Of a stretch of 64,000 nucleotides of DNA, positions 44,631-54,701 are shown piece by piece (the stretch's first letter is position 1; each line of letters opens with the position of its first letter). The position numbers and the translations under genes were made by a program. The notes beneath the pieces were generated by a model. That model saw nothing but the letters and a program-made list of their open reading frames with translations, was not told the origin of the DNA and did not search any database. The stretch is from Acidobacteriota bacterium (lineage in GTDB: Bacteria > Acidobacteriota > UBA6911 > RPQK01 > JBOGJG01): contig JBOGJG010000300.1 of assembly GCA_050747825.1 (NCBI GenBank), positions 17,479-81,478 on the forward strand, written 5' to 3'.

Positions 44631-46300
44631 GGGTTCTTTGGTTCTTTGGTGCCTTGGTTCTTTGGTGCCTTGGCGGTTTAATTCTCACGCTTGCGGCCCA
44701 GGAAGGAGTGGGTCCGGAACTGGCTCCGATCAAGTTTGATGACGTTGCGGCCGAAGCCGGTTTGGATTTCGTTCTGGAGAATAATCCCACGCCTGAAAAG
44801 CACATTATAGAAACCATGCCGGGGGGCTTGGCTGTTTTTGATTATAACGGTGACGGTCTCCCCGACATCTTCTTCACCAATGGCGCCGCGCTGCTCTCCC
44901 TCGAGAAAAGCACCCTCAGGCACTTTAACCGCCTGTATCGGAATGAAGGCGGGATGAAGTTCACCGACCTGACTGAAGCGGCCGGAGTGGCCGGCGCCGG
45001 TTATTCCATGGGCGCCGCCGCCGCCGATTATGACAACGACGGCCACGTCGATCTTTTCGTGGCAGGCGTCTTCCGCAATCTCCTCTATCGAAACAACGGA
45101 GACGGCACATTCGAGGAGCTCAGCGAGCAAGCTGGTATCAAGAGCGATCTTTGGGGCGTTGCCGGCGGCTGGTTCGATTACGACAGGGACGGCCTTTTAG
45201 ATCTTTTTGTCGTCAATTATGCGGAATGGTCCACCAGCTACCAACGCTTTTGCGGGGATCGCGATGAAGGCGTCCGCGTCTACTGCCATCCCAAATACTA
45301 TAACCCGGTACGAAACGCCCTTTACCGCAACCGCGGTGACGGCGGCTTTGAAGACGTGACTCAGAAAGCGGGCATCGCTCCCCACAAGGGAAGAGGCATG
45401 AGCGTGGCCTTTAACGATTACGACGGCGATGGGCTGATCGATGCTTTTGTCACCAATGACAACCTGCCCAATTTCCTATTCCGTAACCAGGGGGACGGCA
45501 GCTTTGAGGAAGTCGCCCTGGTCACGGGTGTGGCCCTGCGCGAGCACGGAAAGCCCGTGGCCAGTATGGGAGTCGATTTCCGGGATTATGACAACGACGG
45601 CAAGCCGGACATCAACGTCACGGCGCTGGCCGGAGAAACCTTCCCGCTCTTCCGCAACCAGGGCGAGTCTTTCTTTCAGGATGCCACGTATTCCAGCCGC
45701 CTGGCCCGGCTCACTATGGGATTCAGCGCCTGGGGCAACGGTTTCTTCGACTTCAACAACGATGGCTGGAAAGATTTATTTACCGCCAACTCGCACGTCA
45801 ATGACTTGATCGAGCTTTTTGAGGCCACCGAGTACAAGCAGCGCAACAGCGTTTTCGCCAACCTGGGGAATGGGACCTTTGAGGACGTCTCGGCTGGGGT
45901 GAGTGAGGAGTTCCAGACGGCCAGAGCCCATCGGGGCAGCGCCTTCGCCGATTTCAACGGCGACGGCAAGATCGATATCGTGGTCACTTCCCTAAGCGAG
46001 CCCACCGAATTGTGGCAGAACATCAGCCCCGAGTCCAACAACTGGGTCATCCTGGACCTGGAAGGTTCGCGCAGCAACCGGGACGGTATCGGCGCGCGGG
46101 TGCGCATCGGCAGTCAATACAACATCATGACCACGGCCGTCGGTTATGCCTCCTCCAGCTACAGCGGCGTGCACTTCGGGCTGGGGGAGACTGCGGTTAT
46201 TGATCGGATCGCGATTCGGTGGCCCAGCGGCACGGTCCAGGTTCTGGAAAATATCGCCGCCAATCAGGTCCTCCACATTCGCGAGCCGGAAAGTCGATGA
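44627..46300 (+). CDS. CRTAC1-family protein paralog (FG-GAP plus ASPIC/UnbV)
   Basis: ATGA overlap with the upstream paralog. Signal peptide, then the same repeat architecture. Confidence 0.8.
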   Translation: MRVLWFFGALVLWCLGGLILTLAAQEGVGPELAPIKFDDVAAEAGLDFVLENNPTPEKHIIETMPGGLAVFDYNGDGLPDIFFTNGAALLSLEKSTLRHFNRLYRNEGGMKFTDLTEAAGVAGAGYSMGAAAADYDNDGHVDLFVAGVFRNLLYRNNGDGTFEELSEQAGIKSDLWGVAGGWFDYDRDGLLDLFVVNYAEWSTSYQRFCGDRDEGVRVYCHPKYYNPVRNALYRNRGDGGFEDVTQKAGIAPHKGRGMSVAFNDYDGDGLIDAFVTNDNLPNFLFRNQGDGSFEEVALVTGVALREHGKPVASMGVDFRDYDNDGKPDINVTALAGETFPLFRNQGESFFQDATYSSRLARLTMGFSAWGNGFFDFNNDGWKDLFTANSHVNDLIELFEATEYKQRNSVFANLGNGTFEDVSAGVSEEFQTARAHRGSAFADFNGDGKIDIVVTSLSEPTELWQNISPESNNWVILDLEGSRSNRDGIGARVRIGSQYNIMTTAVGYASSSYSGVHFGLGETAVIDRIAIRWPSGTVQVLENIAANQVLHIREPESR

Positions 46301-46301
46301 T

Positions 46302-46634
46302 TCAATTTTCCAAGGCGCGCTTAATCAAAAGTTCTTCCAGGTCGCGACGGCCGTCCAAAACGCCGACAATACCCACGACATCCTTATCAATCCGGAAGAG
46401 AATTCGATAGGGCGGAACAATCAGTTCTCGGTACTGTCTTACTCCGACGGCCTTAAGTTCCGGGACAATTCTACATCGCCGTGGATAATTGGCGAGCGTA
46501 TGGGTTCGTCCCAGGATGTTCGAGCAGAAACACTCTGCCGAGGAAGGATGATCATTTGAAGCAATGTATTCGAAGATCTGAATTAGATCCTCAACGGCGC
46601 TTGGAGACCATTCAATACGATAAGCGTCAGTCAC
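46302..46634 (-). CDS. parE: ParE/RelE-family type II toxin
   Basis: A 110-aa RelE/ParE fold pattern (...RIEWSPSAVEDL..I..YI.......A..F.........L...P..G......E.KAVGVRQYRELIVPPYRILFRIDKD.V.IV.VLDGRRDL). Confidence 0.7.
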   Translation of the reverse strand: MTDAYRIEWSPSAVEDLIQIFEYIASNDHPSSAECFCSNILGRTHTLANYPRRCRIVPELKAVGVRQYRELIVPPYRILFRIDKDVVGIVGVLDGRRDLEELLIKRALEN

Positions 46635-46911
46635 CTTTCAGGTTCTTCAGCTTCTGATTAAAGCGCCTGACGGCTTCTTGATGGCTGATGCCCTTGCTCT
46701 CTCGCAGCTCTTGATCACCTCTGGCCAAAAACTTGAGAAGCAGGAGCGCCTTGCGCTGCCGCTGAAAAGTGTCTACATCCTGCAATACTGCCGTAGCCTT
46801 GCCGTTCTGGGTGATAATGACAGGCTGGCCGGACTCTCTTGCCTTACGAATGAGTTCAGCACTCCTGGTCTTCAATACCGTCACGGGCTCTATCGATTTG
46901 GAATAATCCAT
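46627..46911 (-). CDS. Phd/YefM-family antitoxin
   Basis: MDYSKSIEPVTVLKTRSAELIRKARESGQPVIITQNGKATAVLQDVDTFQ, which overlaps the toxin start. Confidence 0.65.
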   Translation of the reverse strand: MDYSKSIEPVTVLKTRSAELIRKARESGQPVIITQNGKATAVLQDVDTFQRQRKALLLLKFLARGDQELRESKGISHQEAVRRFNQKLKNLKGD

Positions 46912-47046
46912 GCAAAGGTCCAAGTGCATCCTAATATAGCCCCATAATTTGGATCCAGTCAAGAGATGATTCCAGAGGTGGCTTCAAGGACAAAGGGGCA
47001 CGGACTTCGCGAGACTCCGTGCCCCTGTTGGACGAATCGGCTGCCT

Positions 47047-47120
47047 GCGCTACCAGTGCAGCTTCAGTTCGAGGCGAATGTAGCGTTCGGGCGCATTGAT
47101 GTTGGTGCTGGTGATGATTA
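47047..47120 (-). pseudogene. Relic 3' end of a third TonB-receptor-like paralog
   Basis: The reverse complement encodes ...IITSTNINAPERYIRLELKLHW*. It is about 80% identical at the nucleotide level to the last 70 bp of the genes at 47202 and 50983. Confidence 0.5.
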
Positions 47121-47127
47121 GTATTTG

Positions 47128-47190
47128 GGCCACGGATGACACGGATTTCCCTGATTTGAATCTGCGTCAATCCGTGAAATCCGTGGCTCT
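47128..47190. repeat. Family B palindromic repeat
   Basis: gggccacggatgacacggattt...caatccgtgaaatccgtggctc. Confidence 0.55.
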
Positions 47191-47201
47191 CACTTACAAG
47201 A

Positions 47202-50200
47202 TCAGAAGGTCAGCTTGAATCCGAAGCGGATGTAGCGCTCGGGCGCGTTGTTGCTGGTGCTGCTGATCACGAAGAAGTTGCTGGAAGTCACGCTGCCGTT
47301 CGGATTATTGAAGTGGGGCGTATTGGTCAGGTTAAAAAACTCCGAGCGGAATTCCAGACCGACGGCCTCGGTGATTTCGAAGTGGCGAAACACCGAAAAG
47401 TCGAGATTGACCCAGGTGGGTCCGCGCAGAATGTTGCGACCCGAATTGCCGTAACAATCCAGATGAGTGCAGTCCTCACCCGGAACCCGGTTCACGGGAG
47501 CGAAGGCCTCACGATCGTAGTAGGGATTGCCGCGACCGATACCGCCCAGAGTCTTCACCTCCGCCTTGACCTGATCGGCGGTCTGGACGTTTTCCCGCGC
47601 GTTCAGCGGACCGCCGGAGCTTACCCTGAACGGTCTGTTCTCATTGACCGAGAAGATTCCGTTGACCTGCCAGCCCCGGATCAAGTGGTGGGCAAAGGAG
47701 TCGCCGCTCCGGCCGAAAGGCAGTTCATAGACGGTCGCCAGCTGCAGCATGTGCGGAATGTTGTAGCCGGCCTGCGCACGGTTTCGATCAAGGATGGCCG
47801 GATCGTTCCAGAGCAGCCCTCCCCAGCCGTCCTCGTCAGTCATGCTGATGGCTTTCGAATAGGTGTAGGCGCCTTTGACGAAGAGACCATCGGTAAACCG
47901 CCGGTTGATCGCCACCTGAAGGGAGTGATAGTTGGCGCTCAACCAGCCGTCCCAAAAGAGGATGTCATTGGTATAGGGAAAAAGCTGGCGGCCTTGATTT
48001 CCACCCCCGGGCAGGGAATAGTTCAGATTCCGGTCAGCCAGCTGGTGAACCGTCTGTGTGCCGACGTAGCCGGCCGAAATCACGAAGTCCTGAGGCAGCT
48101 TCCGCTCGTAGACCATGTTCCAGGACTGGATGTAGCCGCGATGGATCTTGTCGGGAGGCATGGTCCTTTGCGCCGCAAAGGTGGGCAAGGGGAGTCTTGT
48201 GCCCTGGTCGGTACTCGGCCCGATGAAAATCGGGATGCCCTCTTCCAGAGTTCTGAAGGGAAGAAAACTTTTATCCCCTTCAAAGTTCGCTACGAAGGTG
48301 AGGGGATAGAAACCCCGCAGCGGGCGCGCAAACGGCAAGGGGTCGAAGGTAATGCCGTACCCGCTGCGCAGGACGTCTTTGTCGGTCAAACGATAGGCGA
48401 ATCCGACTCGAGGCGCAAAAAGATTCTTGCTGATCTCGATGTCGTTGTCCAGGATCACTTCCAGGGTATTCACATCCATGAATTCCAGAGGACGGTCATC
48501 GCGCGAGACCAGTGGATAAAGCTCATAACGCAAGCCCAGATTCAGGGTCAGTTTGGGCGTGACCTGCCAGCGATCCCGCAAATACAAGGCATGCTGCCAC
48601 TCGTTGGCGGTCATGAGCTCCCACTGCAGGTTCTTGCCCATCTCTCGAGGCAGGCCCAGCATGAAAGCAGCCCAGGCATTCTGTTCGGTGGCGGCCACGT
48701 CGTCTCCGATCAGATCCGTCATACCGCCGCTAAAACGAATTCTCCCTCGCGGTCCGTTTCCTCCGATTTCCGGCTGCCAGTGGTCGAGCATGTGCTTGAC
48801 CAGGTCATAGCCCCATCTCACTTCATGGTTATCCTTGGTCCAACTGAAGCTGTGGGTAAACGTCAGGCTGTTCTCATCGCGGAAAATGGGGGTCCATCCA
48901 TCCAACTGGCCGAAACTGTTAAAGCCGGAGACGTCGAAGCGCGGGATGCCCCCGCAGCGGTTGAAGCCTTCCACGATACAGGCCTGCTCCTGTCCCGGAG
49001 CGGCATTGGCGCCCGGGAAGCCCAACACGTCTTGAGCAAAGTTTCCAAGATCGATATCGGCGCTCAAAACTTGCTGATCCATATCGGTGAAACCGAGATT
49101 CCCGTCGATCAAAAAGGTGGGCGACAGGGTCAGGGTGTGCCCGATGCCCCAAACCCTGACATCGGTCAAGCCCACACCGTCACCGCCGCCTCCGATAGCT
49201 CCGCCGCCGCCTTGCTTCCCAAACCTGGAATTCTTGGCTACCTCTGCATCCAGCCAGCTAAACTTCCCCCAAATGCTATGCTGCTGGCTACGGTACCAGT
49301 CCATTTTGATATCGATATTGTGACGGTCCATGGCTTCCGTACCCGAAACCCCGTAGTTGTCATCGATGCCGGACAAATTGGGAAGGGGGAGAAAGCCGGC
49401 CATTTTGACGGCAGGCGGACTGAGGCGGTCCTCGGGGATGATATTGTTGGGGAAGGGCTCTCGGCCGGTCGCGTCCGGATTGCCGGTTAGCGGGTCATAA
49501 ATAATCGTCTCATCGAAGCCGTTGGGGTTGCCGGGCAGAAAGGCGCTAAAGTCGCCCCGGCGTTGATCCGCAGTCGCAACATCCAACAGGTCCGTCTTGG
49601 GCAGGCGCTGAAAAGTTCCTTCCCAGCCCCCGAAGAAGAACAGCTTGTCCTTCATAATGGGGCCGCCCACCGTGAAACCATCGATGTTGCGGTTGCCGCC
49701 TGGCTTATCCGCTTTGCCGTCGCCATCCGTATCCGCCAGATTGAAGAAATCCCGGGCGTTGAGGGCGCTGTTTTCATGATAGCCGAAGGCGGAGCCGTGA
49801 AGCTCATTCGTCCCCGACTTGGTCACGACGGTAACGGCCGCACCACCGGCGAAACCCGTTTCGGCATCAAAGTTATTGGTCGAGATGTTGACGACCTCGA
49901 TGGTCTCAGCAGGAGGCACGTAAGCCGTATGGTGAGGTAGCCAGATGTTCACGCTCTGGGCGCCGTCGATGCGCGTGTTGTTGTTGTTGCGGGCCGTCCC
50001 GTTGATGTTGTGGGTCAGCGCCCGTCCCGGCGTATCAGTGATGGCGTTCTGAAACCTTCCCGGCGTGGCGCCCGGGACCAGGTTGATCAGAGCCTGATAG
50101 TTGCGATATTGATTCAGCGGCAGGTCGCTGATCTCCTTGCTTTCCAACTGAACGTGAACGTCACTGGTTTCGGTCTGCAGGACGGTGGCCGCTCCGGAAA

Positions 50201-50570
50201 CGGTGATCACTTCCGTCAACTGGCCCACTTCAAGGACGACGTTTCTGCGCGTGATGCTTCCAACCGTGACCGCCACGTTGTCGTCCACAAACTCCTTAAA
50301 ACCGGGCAGCGTCACTTTCAGAGTATAAGTACCTTTAGGAATATTGCGGATGAGGTACACACCGGCCTCATCGGTGATGCCCGTCTGCGCGAAATTCGTG
50401 GCGGGATTGACCACGGAAACGTCGGCGCCCGGCACGGCGGCGCCGCTGGAATCGGACACATTGCCCGTCAGTGAGCCGTAGAGGACTTGAGCTTGCGCTC
50501 TGTCCTGAATCATGAAAGTGCACAGCCCGATCAGTCCGATCAGGCAACCAAGTCGCCTCAGGTTTAGCAT
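47202..50570 (-). CDS. TonB-dependent-receptor-like outer-membrane protein with N-terminal carboxypeptidase-regulatory-like domain (Acidobacteria-type, 1122 aa)
   Basis: Signal peptide then AQVLYGSLTGNVSDSSGAAVPGADVSVVNPATNFAQTGITDEAGVYLIRNIPKGTYTLKVTLPGFKEF (CarboxypepD_reg). A plug-like segment, a long beta-barrel and a C-terminal ...YIRFGFKLTF. Confidence 0.8.
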   Translation of the reverse strand: MLNLRRLGCLIGLIGLCTFMIQDRAQAQVLYGSLTGNVSDSSGAAVPGADVSVVNPATNFAQTGITDEAGVYLIRNIPKGTYTLKVTLPGFKEFVDDNVAVTVGSITRRNVVLEVGQLTEVITVSGAATVLQTETSDVHVQLESKEISDLPLNQYRNYQALINLVPGATPGRFQNAITDTPGRALTHNINGTARNNNNTRIDGAQSVNIWLPHHTAYVPPAETIEVVNISTNNFDAETGFAGGAAVTVVTKSGTNELHGSAFGYHENSALNARDFFNLADTDGDGKADKPGGNRNIDGFTVGGPIMKDKLFFFGGWEGTFQRLPKTDLLDVATADQRRGDFSAFLPGNPNGFDETIIYDPLTGNPDATGREPFPNNIIPEDRLSPPAVKMAGFLPLPNLSGIDDNYGVSGTEAMDRHNIDIKMDWYRSQQHSIWGKFSWLDAEVAKNSRFGKQGGGGAIGGGGDGVGLTDVRVWGIGHTLTLSPTFLIDGNLGFTDMDQQVLSADIDLGNFAQDVLGFPGANAAPGQEQACIVEGFNRCGGIPRFDVSGFNSFGQLDGWTPIFRDENSLTFTHSFSWTKDNHEVRWGYDLVKHMLDHWQPEIGGNGPRGRIRFSGGMTDLIGDDVAATEQNAWAAFMLGLPREMGKNLQWELMTANEWQHALYLRDRWQVTPKLTLNLGLRYELYPLVSRDDRPLEFMDVNTLEVILDNDIEISKNLFAPRVGFAYRLTDKDVLRSGYGITFDPLPFARPLRGFYPLTFVANFEGDKSFLPFRTLEEGIPIFIGPSTDQGTRLPLPTFAAQRTMPPDKIHRGYIQSWNMVYERKLPQDFVISAGYVGTQTVHQLADRNLNYSLPGGGNQGRQLFPYTNDILFWDGWLSANYHSLQVAINRRFTDGLFVKGAYTYSKAISMTDEDGWGGLLWNDPAILDRNRAQAGYNIPHMLQLATVYELPFGRSGDSFAHHLIRGWQVNGIFSVNENRPFRVSSGGPLNARENVQTADQVKAEVKTLGGIGRGNPYYDREAFAPVNRVPGEDCTHLDCYGNSGRNILRGPTWVNLDFSVFRHFEITEAVGLEFRSEFFNLTNTPHFNNPNGSVTSSNFFVISSTSNNAPERYIRFGFKLTF

Positions 50571-50857
50571 AATGTTACCTCTTCCTCATGAAAGGTGTTC
50601 CAAGCAAAAATTTAAACGATTGTAAAGCCGCTGATTTTAAGCAAAAACTGCACCTGTCGCTGGATTTGGCGAAGACTCGGAGGGCAGCCAGACGCTTAAA
50701 TTGTTCCAATTAAATGGATTAACAATCCAAAAAATATTTCACAGCTTCGAAAATAAGGAGTTGATAGTTCCCGGTATGTCCAAATAATTGGACAATTAAG
50801 GGTCTTGGTTCCAGCTTTTTGGACTTGGAGAGCATGAGAGGTGATTAGCGAGAATGG

Positions 50858-50912
50858 AGACGGCCAATCCGAGCTGCGACCGTGCACCCAAAGGGTACCT
50901 GGCGGGGCGGCC
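50858..50912. repeat. Family A repeat (inner arm plus middle arm)
   Basis: atccgagctgcgaccgtgcacccaaagggtacctggcggggcggcc, which matches 940-990. Confidence 0.5.
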
Positions 50913-50982
50913 AGACTTGATGAAAAAAGGGGCGCAGGGTTGATCCTGCGCCCCTGGGTGGGTGGACTTCTGAATTACGAGA

Positions 50983-53900
50983 TCAGAAGGTCAGTTTGAA
51001 TCCGAAGCGGATGTAGCGCTCCAGCGCGTTGTTACTGGTGCTGGTGATGTCGAAGAAGTTGTTGGAGTTTACGCTGCTGGTCGGATTGCTGAAGTGCGGC
51101 GTATTGGTCAGATTAAAGAATTCGGAGCGGAACTCCAGCCCCACATCCTCGGTGAGTTGGAAGCTGCGGAAGAGGGAGAAATCCAGGTTAACCCAAGTGG
51201 GGCCGCGCAGGATGTTGCGCCCGGCGTTTCCGAAGCAGTCCAGACCACTGCAGCTCGTACCCGGCACGCGAGTCACGGGCGCAAACGCTGTCCTGTCGTA
51301 GTACGGGTTGCCCCGGCCAACTCCGCCCAGGGTCGCCACTTCATCCTTCACCTGATCCGCAGTCTGAGTGTTGTTCCTGGAGTTATGCGGACCGCCGGAA
51401 GTCACCGTAAAAGGCTCGTTTTCGTTCACCGAGAAAATTCCGTTGACCTGCCAGCCCCGGAGTACGTGGTGGCCAATTGAGTCACCGCCGCGGCCGAAAG
51501 GCAGCTCATAAACGGTGGCCAACTGCAGCATGTGCGGCCGGTTGTAACCGGCTTGAGCGCGGTTGCGTTGAATCTGGGCAGGATCGTTCCAGCCCAGGCC
51601 GGCCCACCCGTCGTCATCGGTCATGTTGAGTGCCCTTTGATAAGTATAGGCTCCTTTCACAAAGAGACCGCCCGTAAAGCGGCGGTTGACCGCCACCTGC
51701 AGGGAGTGGTAGTTGGAGCTCAGAAAACCGTTCCAGAACAGGATGTTGTTGGTGAACGGGAAAAGCTGCCGTCCGGTGTTTCCACCACCGGCCGGCGACC
51801 AGTTCAGATTGTGGTCGGCCAACTGGTGGACGGTCTGGGTTCCGACATAACCGGCGGAGACCACAAAGTCCTGGGGAAGCTTGCGCTCATAGACGAGGTT
51901 CCAGGACTGGATGTAACCCCGGTCAATCCGGTCCGGGGGCATTGTCCTCTGCTGAACGAAGGTCGGCAGGGGGATGCGAGTCCCCGGGCTGGTGCCGGGC
52001 CCCGTGAAGATAGGAATCCCCTCTTCAAGAGACCTGAAAGGAATGGAGGAGTTGTCTGCGGAGAAGTTACCCGCGATGGTCAGCGGGTAAAAACCGCGCA
52101 AAGGCCGCGCAAACGGGAGCGGGTCGAAGGTGATTCCGTAGCCGCTGCGAAGAACGTCATCGTCAGTCAAGCGGTAAGCGAAGCCGACGCGCGGAGCGAA
52201 CAGACTCTTGCTGATCTTGATATCGTTGTCCAGCACCAGCTCCATGGTGTTCAGATCCATGAACTCCATGGGCCGATCATCCCGCGTGACCAGCGGATAA
52301 AGCTCATAACGCAGGCCCAGGTTCAGTGTCAGCTTGGGGGTCACCTGCCAGCGGTCGCGCAGATAAAAAGCGTGTTGCCACTCGTTGGCGGTCATCAGCT
52401 CCCACTGCAGGCTCTTGCCTATACTATTGGGGAGTCCGAGCATGAAGGAAGCCCAGGAATTCTGGTTCGTGGTAGCCGCTCCTCCGATCAGAGCCGTCAT
52501 ACCCCCACTAAAGCGAAACCTGCCGCGGGGGCCGTCTCCAATCTCGGGCTGCCAGTGATCGAGCATGTGCTTGACCAGATCATAACCCCATCTCACTTCG
52601 TGATTGCTCCTGGTCCAGCTAAAGCTGTGGGTGAAGGTGAGACTGTTTTCATCCCGGAATAACGGGCTCCAGCCGTCCAACTGCCCAAAAGTGGTAAAAC
52701 CGGACACATCAAAGCGGGGTACGCCGCCACAGCGGTTGATCCCGTCCACAATACAGGCCTGTTCCTGGCCTGGTCCGGCGTTGGCGCCGGGGAACCCCAG
52801 GACATCCTGGCCAAAGTTGCCCAGCTCGATGTCGGCCGTCAGCACTTCCTGGTCCATGTCAGTGAAGCCCAAGCTTCCATCCACCAGAAAGGTGGGAGAC
52901 AACGTCAACGTGTGGCCGATACCCCACACCCGGACGTCAGTCAGCCCTCGACCATCACCGCCGCCGCCGATGGCGCCGCCGCCGCCCTGCACCCCGAAAC
53001 GAGGACTTTTCGCAACCTCAGCATCCATCCAACTGAACTTGCCCCAGATGCTGTGCTGCTCATTCCGGTACCAGTCGAGCTTGGCGTCGATATTGTGGCG
53101 GTCCATGGCTTCCGTGCCCGAAACGCCATAGTTGGAAGTGACTCCGCCTAAATTGGGAAGAGGCAGAAAACCTGCCATCCTCACCGCGGCCGGACTCAGG
53201 CGATCTTGCGGGATGACATTGTTGGCGAAAGGCTCCCTGTCCGTCCCGTCGGGATTGCCGGTGGTGGGATCATAAATAATGGTCTCACGATTGCCCGCCG
53301 CATTGCCCGGCAGGAAGGCGCTGAAGTCGCCGGCCCGCTGATCGGCGCTGGCTACCGTCAAAGTATCCGTCTTGGGCAGGCGCTGGAAAGTGCCTTCCCA
53401 GCCGCCGAAGAAGAACAACTTATCCTGCCTGATCGGACCGCCGATGGTAAAGCCGTCGATGTTGCGGTTGCCGCCCGGCTTGTCGGCCTTGCCGTCCCCG
53501 TCCGTGTCGGCATGATTGAAGAAATCTCGGGCATTGAGGGCGCTGTTCTCATGGTAGCCGAAGGCCGAACCATGAAGCTCGTTGGTTCCTGACTTGGTCA
53601 CCACCGTGATCGCCGCGCCGCCTGCAAAGCCCGTCTCGGCGTCGAAGTTGTTAGTCGAAATGTTGACCACTTCGATCGTCTCCGCCGGAGGCACATAAGC
53701 CGTGTGGTGGGGCAACCAGATGTTGACGCTCTGGGCGCCGTCGATGCGCGTATTGTTGTTATTGCGAGCGGTGCCGTTGACATTAGTCGATAGTGCGCGA
53801 CCCGGCGTGTCCGTGATCGCGTTCTGGAACTCGGCAGGAGTGGCGCCCGGAACCAGGTTAAGCAGCGCTTGATAGTTTCGATACTGGTTCAAAGGCAGGT

Positions 53901-54348
53901 CGCTGATCTCCTTGCTTTCCAACTGAACGTGAACGTCACTGGTTTCGGTCTGCAGGACGGTGGCCGCTCCGGAAACGGTGATCGCCTCGGTCAACTCACC
54001 CACCTCCAGTCGAACGTCCCGGCGGGTGATGCTTCCAACCGTCACCGCCACGTTGTCGTCCACAAATTCTTTAAAACCGGGCAGCGTCACTTTCAGCGTA
54101 TAAGTACCTTTAGGAATATTGCGGATAAGGTACACACCGGTTTCATCAGTCACACCGGCCTGAGTGAAGTTAGTGGCTGGATTGACCACCGATACATCAG
54201 CGCCCGGCACTGCAGCGCCGCTGGCGTCTGCCACGTTACCTGTCAAAGACCCGTACAGGACCTGCGCCTGAGTGTCAGTGGCCGTAACGGCCACTGACAT
54301 AATCAAAGCCAGGCCAAAGATACGCCAGCTCTTGAATAAACTTGTCAT
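50983..54348 (-). CDS. TonB-dependent-receptor-like OMP paralog (CarboxypepD_reg plus barrel)
   Basis: About 85% aa identity to the upstream paralog across the full length. The start is taken at MTSLFKSWRIFGLALIMSVAVTA (signal peptide). Confidence 0.8.
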   Translation of the reverse strand: MTSLFKSWRIFGLALIMSVAVTATDTQAQVLYGSLTGNVADASGAAVPGADVSVVNPATNFTQAGVTDETGVYLIRNIPKGTYTLKVTLPGFKEFVDDNVAVTVGSITRRDVRLEVGELTEAITVSGAATVLQTETSDVHVQLESKEISDLPLNQYRNYQALLNLVPGATPAEFQNAITDTPGRALSTNVNGTARNNNNTRIDGAQSVNIWLPHHTAYVPPAETIEVVNISTNNFDAETGFAGGAAITVVTKSGTNELHGSAFGYHENSALNARDFFNHADTDGDGKADKPGGNRNIDGFTIGGPIRQDKLFFFGGWEGTFQRLPKTDTLTVASADQRAGDFSAFLPGNAAGNRETIIYDPTTGNPDGTDREPFANNVIPQDRLSPAAVRMAGFLPLPNLGGVTSNYGVSGTEAMDRHNIDAKLDWYRNEQHSIWGKFSWMDAEVAKSPRFGVQGGGGAIGGGGDGRGLTDVRVWGIGHTLTLSPTFLVDGSLGFTDMDQEVLTADIELGNFGQDVLGFPGANAGPGQEQACIVDGINRCGGVPRFDVSGFTTFGQLDGWSPLFRDENSLTFTHSFSWTRSNHEVRWGYDLVKHMLDHWQPEIGDGPRGRFRFSGGMTALIGGAATTNQNSWASFMLGLPNSIGKSLQWELMTANEWQHAFYLRDRWQVTPKLTLNLGLRYELYPLVTRDDRPMEFMDLNTMELVLDNDIKISKSLFAPRVGFAYRLTDDDVLRSGYGITFDPLPFARPLRGFYPLTIAGNFSADNSSIPFRSLEEGIPIFTGPGTSPGTRIPLPTFVQQRTMPPDRIDRGYIQSWNLVYERKLPQDFVVSAGYVGTQTVHQLADHNLNWSPAGGGNTGRQLFPFTNNILFWNGFLSSNYHSLQVAVNRRFTGGLFVKGAYTYQRALNMTDDDGWAGLGWNDPAQIQRNRAQAGYNRPHMLQLATVYELPFGRGGDSIGHHVLRGWQVNGIFSVNENEPFTVTSGGPHNSRNNTQTADQVKDEVATLGGVGRGNPYYDRTAFAPVTRVPGTSCSGLDCFGNAGRNILRGPTWVNLDFSLFRSFQLTEDVGLEFRSEFFNLTNTPHFSNPTSSVNSNNFFDITSTSNNALERYIRFGFKLTF

Positions 54349-54631
54349 AAACTCCCTCCTCGACAATTCAAGTTGTTCAAATCGAATTACAAAATAAGCC
54401 GCGGGTGGTAAGGCACCCGGAGACGATATATGCAATCTCAGTACCTATTCTTTGGAGAGCTCGCTGAGTCGCGCTGGTTTAACGGTAAAGCTCCAAGAGT
54501 GCCGCCGTTTTTCGCCTGAGTCTCCCGATGAGCCAAGGGACGTGCGCTTGTCCAAAATTCCGAACTTTGCGCTTCTGGAATACAGGTTTTTGAACTTGAA
54601 TAAGAGACTAATAGGTGAACGGCGATGACCC

Positions 54632-54685
54632 GGGGGCGCGCTCCTTTATAGTCGCGGCTCTGTTTGGATGGGGCCCATCCTCTCC
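54632..54685. repeat. Family A repeat, half copy
   Basis: gggggcgcgctcctttatagtcgcggctctgtttggatggggccc. Confidence 0.45.
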
Positions 54686-54701
54686 TGTAAAATGAGGCCG
54701 A

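Noticed and set aside
47313-49490. 725-aa ORF on the plus strand (and the similar 51532-52662 376-aa ORF)
   Set aside because: These are antisense to the TonB-receptor-like genes. The real genes have a signal peptide, CarboxypepD_reg domain and conserved C-terminus, and the antisense frames are R/G/A-rich with no motifs.
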